A DNA stretch of 61,757 bases, filler included. It is 7 parts of 7 records of this genome, joined end to end, with 100 filler letters (N's around TTAATTAATTAA, not from the genome) between each part and the next. Parts side by side here need not be neighbours in the genome. Positions count along the whole stretch, not along the records: positions 32,300 to 38,699 come from SRR31156797_4689; positions 38,800 to 44,967 come from SRR31156797_4690; 5 more parts are not named here. One strand, written 5' to 3'. The position numbers were made by a program, and so were the translations under genes. The notes under the pieces are model-generated. The model saw nothing but the letters and a program-made list of their open reading frames with translations, made no database searches and was not told the DNA's origin. Positions 32,860 through 42,800 of this stretch are shown here, piece after piece (the stretch's first letter is position 1; each line of letters begins with the position of its first letter).

Positions 32860-33149
32860 AACCGCTCCTCCCGGCTCTCTTCATAGACGGCCCTCAGCTG
32901 CTCCTCATCTGCTGCCGGGCCTTTCCGCTTCAGAGAAGGAACAAACCGTTCCCTTGCCTCAAGCATTCCACCGCTTCTGATCTGATCCTCGGTATATTCC
33001 GCAAGAGGATCGGTACTATTCGAATCGAACGGAATCAACTGGGCTACGACACGATTATGATCGGTGATCAGCACTTTCTCCCCCTCTTTTACAAGAGAAA
33101 GATAACGGCTCAGAGAGTTTCTAAGATTCCTTATTCCTACGGTTAACAT
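32856..33149 (-). CDS. Phd/YefM-family antitoxin
   Basis: VGIRNLRNSLSRYLSLVKEGEKVLITDHNRVVAQL. Confidence 0.88.
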   Translation of the reverse strand: MLTVGIRNLRNSLSRYLSLVKEGEKVLITDHNRVVAQLIPFDSNSTDPLAEYTEDQIRSGGMLEARERFVPSLKRKGPAADEEQLRAVYEESREERF

Positions 33150-33155
33150 AATACA

Positions 33156-33184
33156 ATTGTAGCCACTGTGGCTACAGATGTAAA
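33156..33184 (-). promoter_or_regulatory. Sigma70 promoter with overlapping palindromic TA operator
   Basis: Minus strand TTTACA (33184-33179), 17 nt, TACAAT (33161-33156); perfect inverted repeat TGTAGCCAC-T-GTGGCTACA at 33158-33176. Confidence 0.8.
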
Positions 33185-33488
33185 GATCACTGCAGCAGGG
33201 ATCAAAGAGAAAATGAGTCAGGTCCGCAGGGCGGCGCGGAGCAGGCCCGAGCCAGAGTCATACCGCAGGCGAAGCCGAGGAACGAGCTCGACAAAAAGCG
33301 GGCCGGCAAAACGAATTGGAACGTGTGTCCGTGCGTTTAATTCGTAAGCCGCACTATATAAAGCCCGACCCCGGCAGTCGCGGAACGGGGCTGCCGGGGT
33401 GCCGCCCCCTCCCCCACCCGATTGTAAAGAAAAGTTAATAATAAATTCCTTTCTTTTGGGAATATCCCGATGTACTATGGTGTCTATC

Positions 33489-33821
33489 ATGAGCGATGTA
33501 ATCAATCTCCTGTTCGATACGGAACAGAAGGCCCGCGATGTAGTGGAGAAGGCCCGGGAAGAAGCCGGGGGTATCCGCAGGGAGGCCGACGAGAAGGCCG
33601 AAGGGATTATCAGAGAGGCGAAGGAAGAGGCTCTGGCTCTGCAGCGGGAGGCTCTGGACAGGGTCCGCCGCGAACTGGACGACGAGAAGTCCCGGCTGAC
33701 GGCGGAACTGGAGGAGAAGCAGAGGCACCTCATGTCCGATGCGGACGCCCTTCTGGACAAAGCGGCTGACGATATATTCCGGATGCTCAGATCCGGGGAC
33801 GAGGAGCCGGACCGGTTCTGA
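33489..33821 (+). CDS. V/A-type ATPase peripheral stalk subunit G/H
   Basis: Charged helical EQKARDVVEKAREEA pattern; first gene of the operon; start MSDVINLL. Confidence 0.75.
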   Translation: MSDVINLLFDTEQKARDVVEKAREEAGGIRREADEKAEGIIREAKEEALALQREALDRVRRELDDEKSRLTAELEEKQRHLMSDADALLDKAADDIFRMLRSGDEEPDRF

Positions 33822-34909
33822 TGTCTTCCTACCTTAAGCGCTACAGTTTCATCAACGCCAAATTGAAGACCAGGACGGACTTTCTTCTGGACGAGGCTTT
33901 TTTCCGCCGCCTGGAAGACCGGCCCAACCTGAACGAAGCCATGATACTGCTGAAGGACACGGTCTACGGGGTCATGCATGCCAGCTATGAACAGACCGGC
34001 GACCTGAAGATGGCCGAGAAGGAGCTCAGGCTGAAGGAGATCGGCTTCTACAGGGAGCTGAAGCGTCACGGTGACGAGCTGCTCTCGGGTTTTCTGGATG
34101 TCCTGCTCCTCAAATTCGATGTGGAGGTCCTGAAGGAGTGGATCCGGCTCTGGTACGACAGCCGCGTCCGGGGGCGGGATGTCAGCGTCCTCAGTCCCTA
34201 TATGATAAGGGAAAAGGTGGTCGAGGATTTTGAGCACGACACCCTTCTGAACTGCTCCGACCCCCAGGCTCTCTACGAGCATCTGGCCAGGGGGGTCTAC
34301 AAAGGGCTCTTTACGGCCCTCCGGGAGAGGGCGGAACCTCTTGAGAGCCTCTACGATCTGGAAAAGTCCCTGGACAGGCTGCGCTTTGCCCGGGTGCTGG
34401 CATACGCCGATGCCTTCCCCCCCGCCGATGCGGATGTGATCCGCCGGATAACGGGAATGGAGATAGACTTTGAGAATATGCTGAGCCTGCTCCGGATGGG
34501 GGATGTCCTGCCGGCGGGAAAACTGCTGGACGACCTGATAGACGGGGGACCGCAGCTGAACCGGGACGGCCTGGGACGGACAAAAGGCGATGGCGATGAT
34601 TCCCGGAAGTCGGAGGCTGAGAAAAGCCGCGAGATAGTCGGCAGCGCCCTGGCCTCCTACGGCGGCATGGGAAGCCTCCTTTTGAAGGAGGAGAGCGGCC
34701 GTGAGGATAAGCTGGCCATGGTTGAGGCGGTTTTGCGGGAGCTGGAGAAGCGGGAGGCCGACCGTCTTATGAGGGGCTCGCCCTTCTCCATCGGCATCAT
34801 GCTCAGTTATTTTATGCGCAAGGAAAGGGAGGCCGCCAGGCTGGTACGGATACTGAACGACCTGCAGTACCGTTCGGACGGCTCCTCCGGACACAGGGGG
34901 ATGTCATGA
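33821..34909 (+). CDS. V/A-type ATPase subunit C (d)
   Basis: YSFINAKLK N-terminus, EIDFENM, PFSIGIMLSYF..KERE C-terminus. Confidence 0.85.
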   Translation: MSSYLKRYSFINAKLKTRTDFLLDEAFFRRLEDRPNLNEAMILLKDTVYGVMHASYEQTGDLKMAEKELRLKEIGFYRELKRHGDELLSGFLDVLLLKFDVEVLKEWIRLWYDSRVRGRDVSVLSPYMIREKVVEDFEHDTLLNCSDPQALYEHLARGVYKGLFTALRERAEPLESLYDLEKSLDRLRFARVLAYADAFPPADADVIRRITGMEIDFENMLSLLRMGDVLPAGKLLDDLIDGGPQLNRDGLGRTKGDGDDSRKSEAEKSREIVGSALASYGGMGSLLLKEESGREDKLAMVEAVLRELEKREADRLMRGSPFSIGIMLSYFMRKEREAARLVRILNDLQYRSDGSSGHRGMS

Positions 34910-36963
34910 TTCTCAGCTCGACGATGCAGCATCTTACGGCGGTGGTCACGCGGAGGCATATGGACTCGGTGACCCGGGCGCTATTGGAGCGGGGGGTCAT
35001 GGACTTCCTGGCCTGTTCGGAGATCCCGGCCCTCAACGATCTGAGGCTGAAGGAGCTGGATGTGAAGATCACCGGCGCCAGGCTGAAAGAGGCGCGCCTG
35101 AGGATTGAGACCCTCCTGAAATCCGCCGATCTGCGCCCCGTTCCCAACAGTGGGAATACCGAATCCGGTGAAGATTCCCTTGATAAAATTGAGAAGATGC
35201 TGGACGCCTTGAGCACGGAGCAACAGGGTTTCCGGGACAAACAGCATGCATGCCAGAACGAGATCAACCGCCTGGAGGACCTGAGGCGTCAGGTCGGGCT
35301 CTTCGGAGACGACAAAGACCTGATCACCCGGGCCGAGCAGGGTTCGTCGGGCTTCTCCTTCCTCTTTATGGAAACCGGTTCGGTCCCGTCGGAGAACACG
35401 GTGGAGATGAACAGGGAGCTGGCCTCCCTGACCACGGTGGTCCTGGAGGCCGCCGTCGCCGGCGGTCTGCGCTGGTGCATCGTCATGGGGATGAAGAAGG
35501 ATCAGAAGGAGCTGGAACGGCGCCTCGATTCGGTGGGCTGGCACAAGGGCTCCCTTCCCCCCGAGGCGGTGTCCGCCCTGGCCGGGGACAAGGGGGGCGC
35601 TCGCTTCAGCGACGACATGAGGCTCCGGGTGGAGGAGCTGAAGAAGAAGCAGCAGGTCCTGCTGGAGGAGTCCCGCAGCTATGTGGAGGGGAAGCGGGAG
35701 TGGCTTCAGTCCACCTGGTCCGATCTGAGGATCAGGGAGCTGAACCTGAAGATCCAGTCCTACTTCGCCGCCTCCGAGGCCTGCGTCCTGTTCAACGGCT
35801 GGGTCCCTTCGGATCAAAGGGAGCTCCTGGACGCGAGCATCAGGGAGGCCGCCGAGGGCCAATGCCTTCTGGAATGGCACGGCGCCGAATGGGTGCAGGA
35901 GAACACGGGAGGGAAGGTATCCGCCCCCGTCCAGATGAGGAATCCCGGTTTCCTGGGCCCCTTTGAGATGCTGGTGAGGAACTTCGGCATACCCGGCTAC
36001 GGCACGGTGGATCCCACCCTGCTGGTGGCCTTTACCTATCTGACCATGTTCGGCCTGATGTTCGGCGACGCGGGCCACGGGCTGGTGCTGCTGCTGGCCG
36101 GGCTCCTGCTTCACAGGCGGGCCCGGAAAAAGAGCAGAGAGACGGGGGCCGATGTGAATCCCCTTTTCGCCCTGATCGCCTATTGCGGCGGAGCGGCCAT
36201 GCTGGCGGGCGTCCTTTTCGGATCCTACTTCGGCTATTCCTGGCTCCCTCCCCTCTGGTTCAACTACCACGGGGTGGTAACGGGCCACGGCGGCGGCCAT
36301 CCTGTTATCAGCAGCATCTACGACATCCTTCTGATCACCATATGGTTCGGGATCATCGTCCTGGCCCTGGGCATCGTCCTCAACATCGTCAACTGCGTCC
36401 GGCAGAGGGACTGGATCCGCCTCGTCTTCAACAAGGCGGGGATCCTGGGGGGGTGGATGTACGCGGCGGGCGTTTATGCGGCCTTCGCCTTCGTCCGCAG
36501 CTCCTATAAGGTCCTGCCTCCCCCTCTTTTCCTATTCTTCGGCCTGGGCCTCCCCGCCCTGCTCCTCCTGTTCAAGGAGCCTTTGGAGCACCGCATGGAG
36601 GGGCACAGGATGCGCTGGGGCCCCCAGGCCTTGTTAAATCTTATAATGGAGTGGGTGGTGGAGCTTTTAGAGATCTTCTCCGGCTATCTGGCCAACACCC
36701 TCAGCTTTATGAGAGTCGCGGGGCTGGGAATAGCCCATGTGAGTCTGATGAGCGCCTTCTTTCAGATGGCGGAAATGGGAGGCCCCCTGGGAGCCCCCTT
36801 TATCCTGCTTCTGGGAAACGCTCTTGTTATCGCTCTGGAAGGGCTTTCGGCAGGGATTCAGTCGCTCAGGCTGAACTACTACGAGTTCTTCAGTAAATAT
36901 TTCAATGGTACGGGACGGGCCTATGCACCTGTGTCCCTGAAAACCCGTGTTGGAGGTAATTAA
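34906..36963 (+). CDS. V/A-type ATPase subunit I (a)
   Basis: GWVP, DPT, FGLMFGDAGHG, NTLSFMRV, IQSLRLNYYEFFSKYF. Confidence 0.95.
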   Translation: MILSSTMQHLTAVVTRRHMDSVTRALLERGVMDFLACSEIPALNDLRLKELDVKITGARLKEARLRIETLLKSADLRPVPNSGNTESGEDSLDKIEKMLDALSTEQQGFRDKQHACQNEINRLEDLRRQVGLFGDDKDLITRAEQGSSGFSFLFMETGSVPSENTVEMNRELASLTTVVLEAAVAGGLRWCIVMGMKKDQKELERRLDSVGWHKGSLPPEAVSALAGDKGGARFSDDMRLRVEELKKKQQVLLEESRSYVEGKREWLQSTWSDLRIRELNLKIQSYFAASEACVLFNGWVPSDQRELLDASIREAAEGQCLLEWHGAEWVQENTGGKVSAPVQMRNPGFLGPFEMLVRNFGIPGYGTVDPTLLVAFTYLTMFGLMFGDAGHGLVLLLAGLLLHRRARKKSRETGADVNPLFALIAYCGGAAMLAGVLFGSYFGYSWLPPLWFNYHGVVTGHGGGHPVISSIYDILLITIWFGIIVLALGIVLNIVNCVRQRDWIRLVFNKAGILGGWMYAAGVYAAFAFVRSSYKVLPPPLFLFFGLGLPALLLLFKEPLEHRMEGHRMRWGPQALLNLIMEWVVELLEIFSGYLANTLSFMRVAGLGIAHVSLMSAFFQMAEMGGPLGAPFILLLGNALVIALEGLSAGIQSLRLNYYEFFSKYFNGTGRAYAPVSLKTRVGGN

Positions 36964-36964
36964 A

Positions 36965-37321
36965 GTGAATCTGAAACAGAAACTGTCCCTGCATCTGTCC
37001 GTCCGGGTCGTGGTCCTCACGGCGATGATCCTGATCCTGGGCCTGGTGGCCACCGGCAACCTGACGGCCCAGGAGGCCCATGCCGAGGCGCCCGCCGTGT
37101 CCGCCCAGGTCCAGACCTTCGGTCTTATGGCCGCCGCCCTGGCCTTCGCCGCAGCGGCCATCGGCGCGGGCATAGCCATCAGCCATGTGGGCTCTGCCGC
37201 CATGGGCGCCATCGGGGAGAAGCCGGAGATCGCCGGCCAGGCCCTGATCTTCATCGCCCTGGCCGAGGGTATCGTGGTCTTCGGTTTTATCACGGCCCTG
37301 ATGATCCTGGGTAAGATCTGA
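36965..37321 (+). CDS. V/A-type ATPase proteolipid subunit K (c)
   Basis: GAGIA..VGSAAMGAIGEKPE, ALAEGIVVFG with the essential Glu; GTG start after GGAGGT. Confidence 0.93.
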   Translation: MNLKQKLSLHLSVRVVVLTAMILILGLVATGNLTAQEAHAEAPAVSAQVQTFGLMAAALAFAAAAIGAGIAISHVGSAAMGAIGEKPEIAGQALIFIALAEGIVVFGFITALMILGKI

Positions 37322-37370
37322 TCGCGGGGACACCGCGGAAGCGGCTCTCCCCGCAGGAGCATTTGAAGAA

Positions 37371-37676
37371 ATGAAGTATTTCGTTATCGGCGATGAGGAT
37401 ACGGTTCTCGGTTTCGGTCTGGTGGGCGTCACGGGACGCGTCGCCGTGACCGCCGCAGAGGCGGAACAGGCCCTGAACGAGGCCATGGAGGATGCGGATA
37501 CGGGCATCATCCTGATCACCGAACGTCTGGCGGAATTAATACGATCCCTGGTAGACCGGTTTCTGTTTACCAGGCAGTTTCCCCTGATCCTGGAGATCCC
37601 CGACCGCATGGGCCGGGTGGAGGGGAAACCATCCCTGAAAGAAATGGTGAATGATGCAATCGGAATCAAGCTCTGA
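37371..37676 (+). CDS. V/A-type ATPase subunit F
   Basis: VIGDEDTVLGFGLVG, PLILEIP. Confidence 0.93.
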   Translation: MKYFVIGDEDTVLGFGLVGVTGRVAVTAAEAEQALNEAMEDADTGIILITERLAELIRSLVDRFLFTRQFPLILEIPDRMGRVEGKPSLKEMVNDAIGIKL

Positions 37677-38313
37677 ACTGCTGGAAGGCATCCTTGCCGA
37701 TGCCCGGGCCGAAGCGGATAAGCTTGTGGAGCAGGCCCGCACACAGGCCGCCGAGACCCTGGAGAGCGCCCGCGACCGGGCGGCGAAGATCCTGAACGGC
37801 GCCGAGGACGGGGCGGCGAAGCAGGGAGCGGAACTGAAGAAGAACAGCCGCTCCGCCCTGATACTCCTGAAAAGCCGTCACGAACTGAAGAGCGGCCGGA
37901 CGCTGGCCGCCGAGGTGATGCGCCGGGTCCGGATCCGCCTGGAGGAGTTCAGGAAGGATCCCTCCTACCCCGCTCTGCTGGAGGAGCTCCTCATCGAGGC
38001 GGCCCTGGGGCTGGGCGTGTCTGAGGCCTTTGTCAACGGAGGCGAGGCGGAGCGGACGCTCATGGCCCCCGCCCTGCTGGCCCGTGTTGAACGGCGCCTG
38101 AAAGAGGAGTTCGGCGAGAGGATTGCCTTGAGTCTCTCCGGCGATTCCGCCCTGGCCGAACAGGGTGTGGAGCTGAGAGACAGGGAGGGGCGCAGGGCCT
38201 TCAGGAACAGTTTCACCGCCCGCCTGGACCGGAAGGAGCAGCAGGTGAGGGACATCATTGAGTCCCGGCTGCGGGAGGCCGATACGGCGGCATCGGGGGA
38301 GGACAAGGCATGA
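37651..38313 (+). CDS. V/A-type ATPase subunit E
   Basis: N-terminal coiled coil (ILADARAEA), C-terminal GVEL...NSFTARL. Confidence 0.85.
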   Translation: MMQSESSSELLEGILADARAEADKLVEQARTQAAETLESARDRAAKILNGAEDGAAKQGAELKKNSRSALILLKSRHELKSGRTLAAEVMRRVRIRLEEFRKDPSYPALLEELLIEAALGLGVSEAFVNGGEAERTLMAPALLARVERRLKEEFGERIALSLSGDSALAEQGVELRDREGRRAFRNSFTARLDRKEQQVRDIIESRLREADTAASGEDKA

Positions 38314-38699
38314 ACGAACGGATAGCCGGCAGGGTCAGACGGGTCAACGGCCCGGTCATAGAGGCCGCCGAAATCCCCGACGCCCTGATGATGGAGATGG
38401 TCTTCGTCGGCGAACAGAGGCTTGTGGGAGAGGTGATCAAGCTCAAGGGAGAGAGCGCGGTCATCCAGGTCTACGAGGACACCACGGGCATCGCCCCGGG
38501 GGACAGGATCTACGGATCGGGTCATCCCCTGAGCGTGCAGCTCGGCCCCGGCCTGATGGGAACCATCTACGACGGGATTCAGCGCCCCCTGGAGGCCCTC
38601 TACGGCGCTTCGGGGGAGTTTATAGACAAGGGCCTCTCCTTCTCCGCCCTGGCGGAAGAAAAGGAGTGGGAGTTCAGCCCCCTCTGCGCCGAGGGAGAG
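38310..38699 (+). CDS. V/A-type ATPase subunit A, 5' fragment
   Basis: VNGPVI, LVGEVI, QVYEDTTG, LGPGL.GTIYDGIQRPL; truncated at spacer. Confidence 0.95.
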
Positions 38700-38799
38700 N
38701 NNNNNNNNNNNNNNNNNNNNNNNNNNNNNNNNNNNNNNNNNNNTTAATTAATTAANNNNNNNNNNNNNNNNNNNNNNNNNNNNNNNNNNNNNNNNNNNN
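38700..38799. other. Artificial contig spacer
   Basis: N run with TTAATTAATTAA. Confidence 0.97.
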
Positions 38800-39522
38800 T
38801 TTCTTAAGAACCGGAATTGGAATCTCATTGTAATGGAAAATGCTGGCAGCCAGTCCGGCGTCTGCTTGTCCCTTAGTGAAGACATCAACAAAATGATCTT
38901 CGGAACCTGCTCCACCGGATGCAATGATGGGAATTTTTAACATGTTGGCCATTTTAGACAGTTCTGTATTGGCAAAACCATTCTTCGTTCCGTCGTGGTT
39001 CATCGAGGTGAACAAGATCTCTCCTGCTCCACGATCTTCGGCTTCTTTTGCCCACGAAAATAACTCTTTGTCGGTTGGGATACGCCCTCCGTTTACGGTT
39101 ACCGTCCAATGTTCGTTTTGGTCGCCACGGGCATCGATAGCCACAACCACAAACTGACTTCCAAAGTTTAAAGCCAAATCGTCGATTAATCTTGGATTTC
39201 GTACTGCTGATGAGTTGATAGAAATTTTATCAGCCCCGGCAGCCAACAGTTTTTCAGCATCGCTCAATTCACTAATTCCACCACCAACTGTAAAAGGAAT
39301 ATTGATGTGTGCTGCAATTCGTTTTACCAGTTCAACAAAAGTTTTACGACCTTCGTGTGTAGCGGTAATATCTAAAAAACAAAGCTCATCAGCTCCATCA
39401 GCAGCATATTTTGCTCCCAGTTCAACCGGATCGCCCACTTCTTTAATGTCGACAAAATTAATTCCTTTAACGGTTTGTCCGTCCCGGATATCAAGGCATG
39501 GTATTATTCGTTTTGCAAGCAT
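38800..39522 (-). CDS. hisF: Imidazole glycerol phosphate synthase cyclase subunit (3' end truncated)
   Basis: [35 protein letters not shown]. Confidence 0.96.
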
Positions 39523-39552
39523 TGCCAGAGTTCAAAGTTAAAAGTTCTGGAT

Positions 39553-40284
39553 TTAAAGAATAAATCCTTCAATCTGTTTCAAAGTTATGCGATTTTCGTA
39601 AATAGCTTTTCCGGTTATTACTCCCGGAACCTCCATTTCATCTAATTTTAATATGTCGTCCATCGACGCGATGCCGCCACTGGCTATAATCTCAATTCCC
39701 GGAAGTGTTTTCATAATTTTGGTATAAAGCTTAAAGGAAGGACCGCTTAACATACCATCGCGGCTAATATCGGTTGAAATTACTTTTGTGATTCCATGTT
39801 TCCTGAATTCTTCAATAAATTCGATAACCGGTAATTCTGTGGTTTCCAACCAACCACTCACAGCTATATTGCCATCTTTGGCATCTGCTCCCAAAATTAT
39901 TTTACCGCTGCCGTATTTTTCCAGCCAGTTCAGGAAAGTTTCTTTTTCCTTTACGGCTATGCTGCCACCGGTAACCATTGTTGCCCCTGATTCAAAAGCA
40001 ATTCTCAAATCATCGTCTGACTTTAATCCTCCGCCAAAATCGATAATTAGGTTGGTTTTGGTGGCAATGGTTTCCAGTACTTTATGATTGACAATGTGTT
40101 TGGCTTTGGCTCCATCCAGGTCTACCAAATGCAGCCGGGTGATGCCGGCATCTTCAAACATTTTTGCAACCTCCAGCGGATTTTCGTTGTATATCGTTTT
40201 CTGGTTGTAATCGCCTTGCGAGAGGCGTACGCATTTTCCGTCAATCAAGTCGATGGCAGGTATTATTTCTATTTTGTTTTTCAT
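39553..40284 (-). CDS. hisA: ProFAR isomerase
   Basis: [34 protein letters not shown]. Confidence 0.96.
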   Translation of the reverse strand: MKNKIEIIPAIDLIDGKCVRLSQGDYNQKTIYNENPLEVAKMFEDAGITRLHLVDLDGAKAKHIVNHKVLETIATKTNLIIDFGGGLKSDDDLRIAFESGATMVTGGSIAVKEKETFLNWLEKYGSGKIILGADAKDGNIAVSGWLETTELPVIEFIEEFRKHGITKVISTDISRDGMLSGPSFKLYTKIMKTLPGIEIIASGGIASMDDILKLDEMEVPGVITGKAIYENRITLKQIEGFIL

Positions 40285-40329
40285 GATTTTTCTTTCGCTC
40301 CAGGTTGAGACGCTGAAAAGGTATAGGAA

Positions 40330-41277
40330 CTACGAGTTTTCAAGGATCATCTTTAGTACTGCTTGTGCTGTAACCTCACGATTATAAGCTTCTTCAACCA
40401 CAATTGAATTGGGGCTGTCAATTACTCCATCGGTAACAACCATATTTCTTCTAACCGGAAGACAATGCATAAATTTTGCATCGTTGGTTAAAGCCATTTT
40501 AGCTTCGTCAACCGTCCAGCTCATATCTTTCGATAGGATTTTTCCATAGTCGGTGTAAGATGCCCAGTTTTTTGCATAAATGAAATCTGCACCTTCAAAT
40601 GCTTTTTTCTGGTCGTACTCTACTTTTATATCGCCCATAAACTCTGGTGCCAGTTCGTAACCTTTTGGATGAGTAACAACAAGATCATAATCGGTTTCGC
40701 GCATCCATTCAACAAATGAATTGGCTACAGCCTGGGGTAGTGCGCGCGGATGGGGTGCCCAGGTTAGGACTACCTTTGGACGCTCTGTTTTTTTATGTTC
40801 TTCAATGGTTACCAAATCGGCAAAACTTTGAAGTGGGTGTCGTGTGGCTCCTTCCATACTTACCACGGGTACACCAGCATATTCTACAAACTGGCTCAAT
40901 ATTTTTTCAGAATAATCGTCATCACGATTCTCAAACTTGGCAAAAGCCCGTACTCCAATTACGTCGCAATAGCACCCGATTACAGGAATGGCTTCACGCA
41001 GGTGTTCTGCATTTTTTCCATCCATTACCACACCCATCTCCGACTCCAGTTGCCAGCTGTCTTCATTTACATTCATCACCATGGTGTTCATCCCCAGGTT
41101 CATTGCTGCCTTTTGGGTACTTAAACGGGTGCGCAGGCTTGAATTAAAAAATACCAGAACCATGGTTTTATTTTTACCAAGATGTTGAAATCCAAACGGA
41201 TTCTTCTTTACTTCCAAAGCAGTTACTAATGCTTTCTCAATACCGGGGATATCTTTTACTGATGTGAATTTTTTCAT
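40330..41277 (-). CDS. argF': N-acyl-L-ornithine carbamoyltransferase (ArgF'), probably N-succinyl-specific
   Basis: FFNSSLRTR, HPLQ, TWAPHPRALPQAV, HCLPVRR. Confidence 0.9.
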   Translation of the reverse strand: MKKFTSVKDIPGIEKALVTALEVKKNPFGFQHLGKNKTMVLVFFNSSLRTRLSTQKAAMNLGMNTMVMNVNEDSWQLESEMGVVMDGKNAEHLREAIPVIGCYCDVIGVRAFAKFENRDDDYSEKILSQFVEYAGVPVVSMEGATRHPLQSFADLVTIEEHKKTERPKVVLTWAPHPRALPQAVANSFVEWMRETDYDLVVTHPKGYELAPEFMGDIKVEYDQKKAFEGADFIYAKNWASYTDYGKILSKDMSWTVDEAKMALTNDAKFMHCLPVRRNMVVTDGVIDSPNSIVVEEAYNREVTAQAVLKMILENS

Positions 41278-41366
41278 AATTTAAAATTTTGTCGAAGTCA
41301 ACACTTCGGGAGTGGGCAGAAGTCTCTGCTTCCAGTATTTTATTTTTTGCCTGTTTCTCTTTTTAA

Positions 41367-42617
41367 TTATTTCGGGCGTATTTGTCCGTCTCCTTCAATA
41401 ATCCATTTATAGCTGGTTAGTTCCTCCAGGGCCATAGGGCCACGGGCATGAAGCTTTTGGGTGCTAATACCTATTTCTGCACCAAGCCCAAACTGGGCAC
41501 CATCGGTGTAAGCTGTTGAAGTGTTTGAATAAACTGCAGATGCATCCACCATTTTTCTGAATTTTTCAATACGATCTACATCTTCTGAAATAATAGCTTC
41601 GCTATGTTTCGAAGTGTAGATGTTGATATGATGGATTGCCTCATCGAAGGAAGAAACGGTTTTTACCGACATCTTCATCGACAGGAATTCTGTTCCAAAT
41701 GATTCTTTATCGGCATGAAATAATAACTCGGAAGGATACACCTCTTTTATGATCTCATGTGCTTTTTCGTCGGCATAAATTACCACATTCTCTTCTGCAA
41801 GTTTTCGAGCAAAACTTTTTAATTCGTTAAGCCTGCTTTCGTGAATAACCAAGCAATCCAAAGCATTACAAACAGAAACTCTACGTGTTTTTGCGTTAAA
41901 TATAATTTCGCAGCCTTTTTGAGCATCGCCATGTTTATCAAAATAGGTGTGGCAAATTCCGGCGCCGGTTTCAATAACCGGAATAGTAGCATTTTCGCGA
42001 ACGAAATTAATCAGCCCCTGACTACCGCGGGGAATAATTAAATCGATGTAACCATGTGCACGCAGCATCTCGTTTGTTTCTTCCCGGCCAGCAGGAAGTA
42101 AGGTTACAGTATTTTCATTAAGGTTGTAGCTTTTTAATACTTTTTGTATGATAGAAACAATGGCACGATTTGAGTCAATAGCGTCGCTGCCACCTTTTAA
42201 AACACAAGCATTTCCTGATTTTAGGCACAAGGCAAAAACATCGAAAGTAACATTTGGACGTGCTTCGTAAATGATGCCAATTACTCCAAATGGCACTGAA
42301 ACTTTACTGATCTTGAGTCCGTTAGGGCGAACAGTTTCTTTTAATACATTTCCAACCGGACTATTAAGATTAGCCACATTTTCCATATCCGAAGCAATAC
42401 CTTCGATTCGCTCGGCTGTTAACTTTAAACGGTCATATTTCGGATCAGCTTCATCCATTCTGTCCAAATCCTTCTTGTTTTCAGCCAAAATAAGTTCGGT
42501 GTTTGCTCTTGCTTCCCGGGCAAGTTCAAGCAATATCTTTTTTATTGTTGAGTCTTCAACAAGATTTAATTCTCTTGAGGCTTCGAGTGTTTTATGTAGC
42601 TGCTGTTCTGTTTTCAT
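41367..42617 (-). CDS. proA: Gamma-glutamyl phosphate reductase
   Basis: [35 protein letters not shown]. Confidence 0.96.
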   Translation of the reverse strand: MKTEQQLHKTLEASRELNLVEDSTIKKILLELAREARANTELILAENKKDLDRMDEADPKYDRLKLTAERIEGIASDMENVANLNSPVGNVLKETVRPNGLKISKVSVPFGVIGIIYEARPNVTFDVFALCLKSGNACVLKGGSDAIDSNRAIVSIIQKVLKSYNLNENTVTLLPAGREETNEMLRAHGYIDLIIPRGSQGLINFVRENATIPVIETGAGICHTYFDKHGDAQKGCEIIFNAKTRRVSVCNALDCLVIHESRLNELKSFARKLAEENVVIYADEKAHEIIKEVYPSELLFHADKESFGTEFLSMKMSVKTVSSFDEAIHHINIYTSKHSEAIISEDVDRIEKFRKMVDASAVYSNTSTAYTDGAQFGLGAEIGISTQKLHARGPMALEELTSYKWIIEGDGQIRPK

Positions 42618-42641
42618 GTCGTTTACTTTTTAAAAAAATAA

Positions 42642-42665
42642 CCCTCTCCCGGGGGAGGGAGAGGG
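42642..42665. repeat. REP-like hairpin between proB and proA
   Basis: CCCTCTCCC (42642-42650) / GGGAGAGGG (42657-42665). Confidence 0.5.
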
Positions 42666-42800
42666 AGCTCAGAATAAGTTCAAATTAAGGCATTTTAAAA
42701 AAGGGATAATGGGTAGTATGCCAAGTGAGGCATGTTACTTATAGGTTACCCTGAGCTATTTTTTCTTCAATATTTTCAGAGAGTTAACTCTCAAAGAACT

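Noticed and set aside
33218-34894. 558-aa minus-strand ORF
   Set aside because: Antisense shadow of V-ATPase subunits G and C in GC-rich DNA; no recognisable motifs.
34981-37744. Long alternative ORFs (439, 238, 231 and 280 aa) over the V-ATPase genes
   Set aside because: Shadow frames of high-GC genes that already have clear identities.
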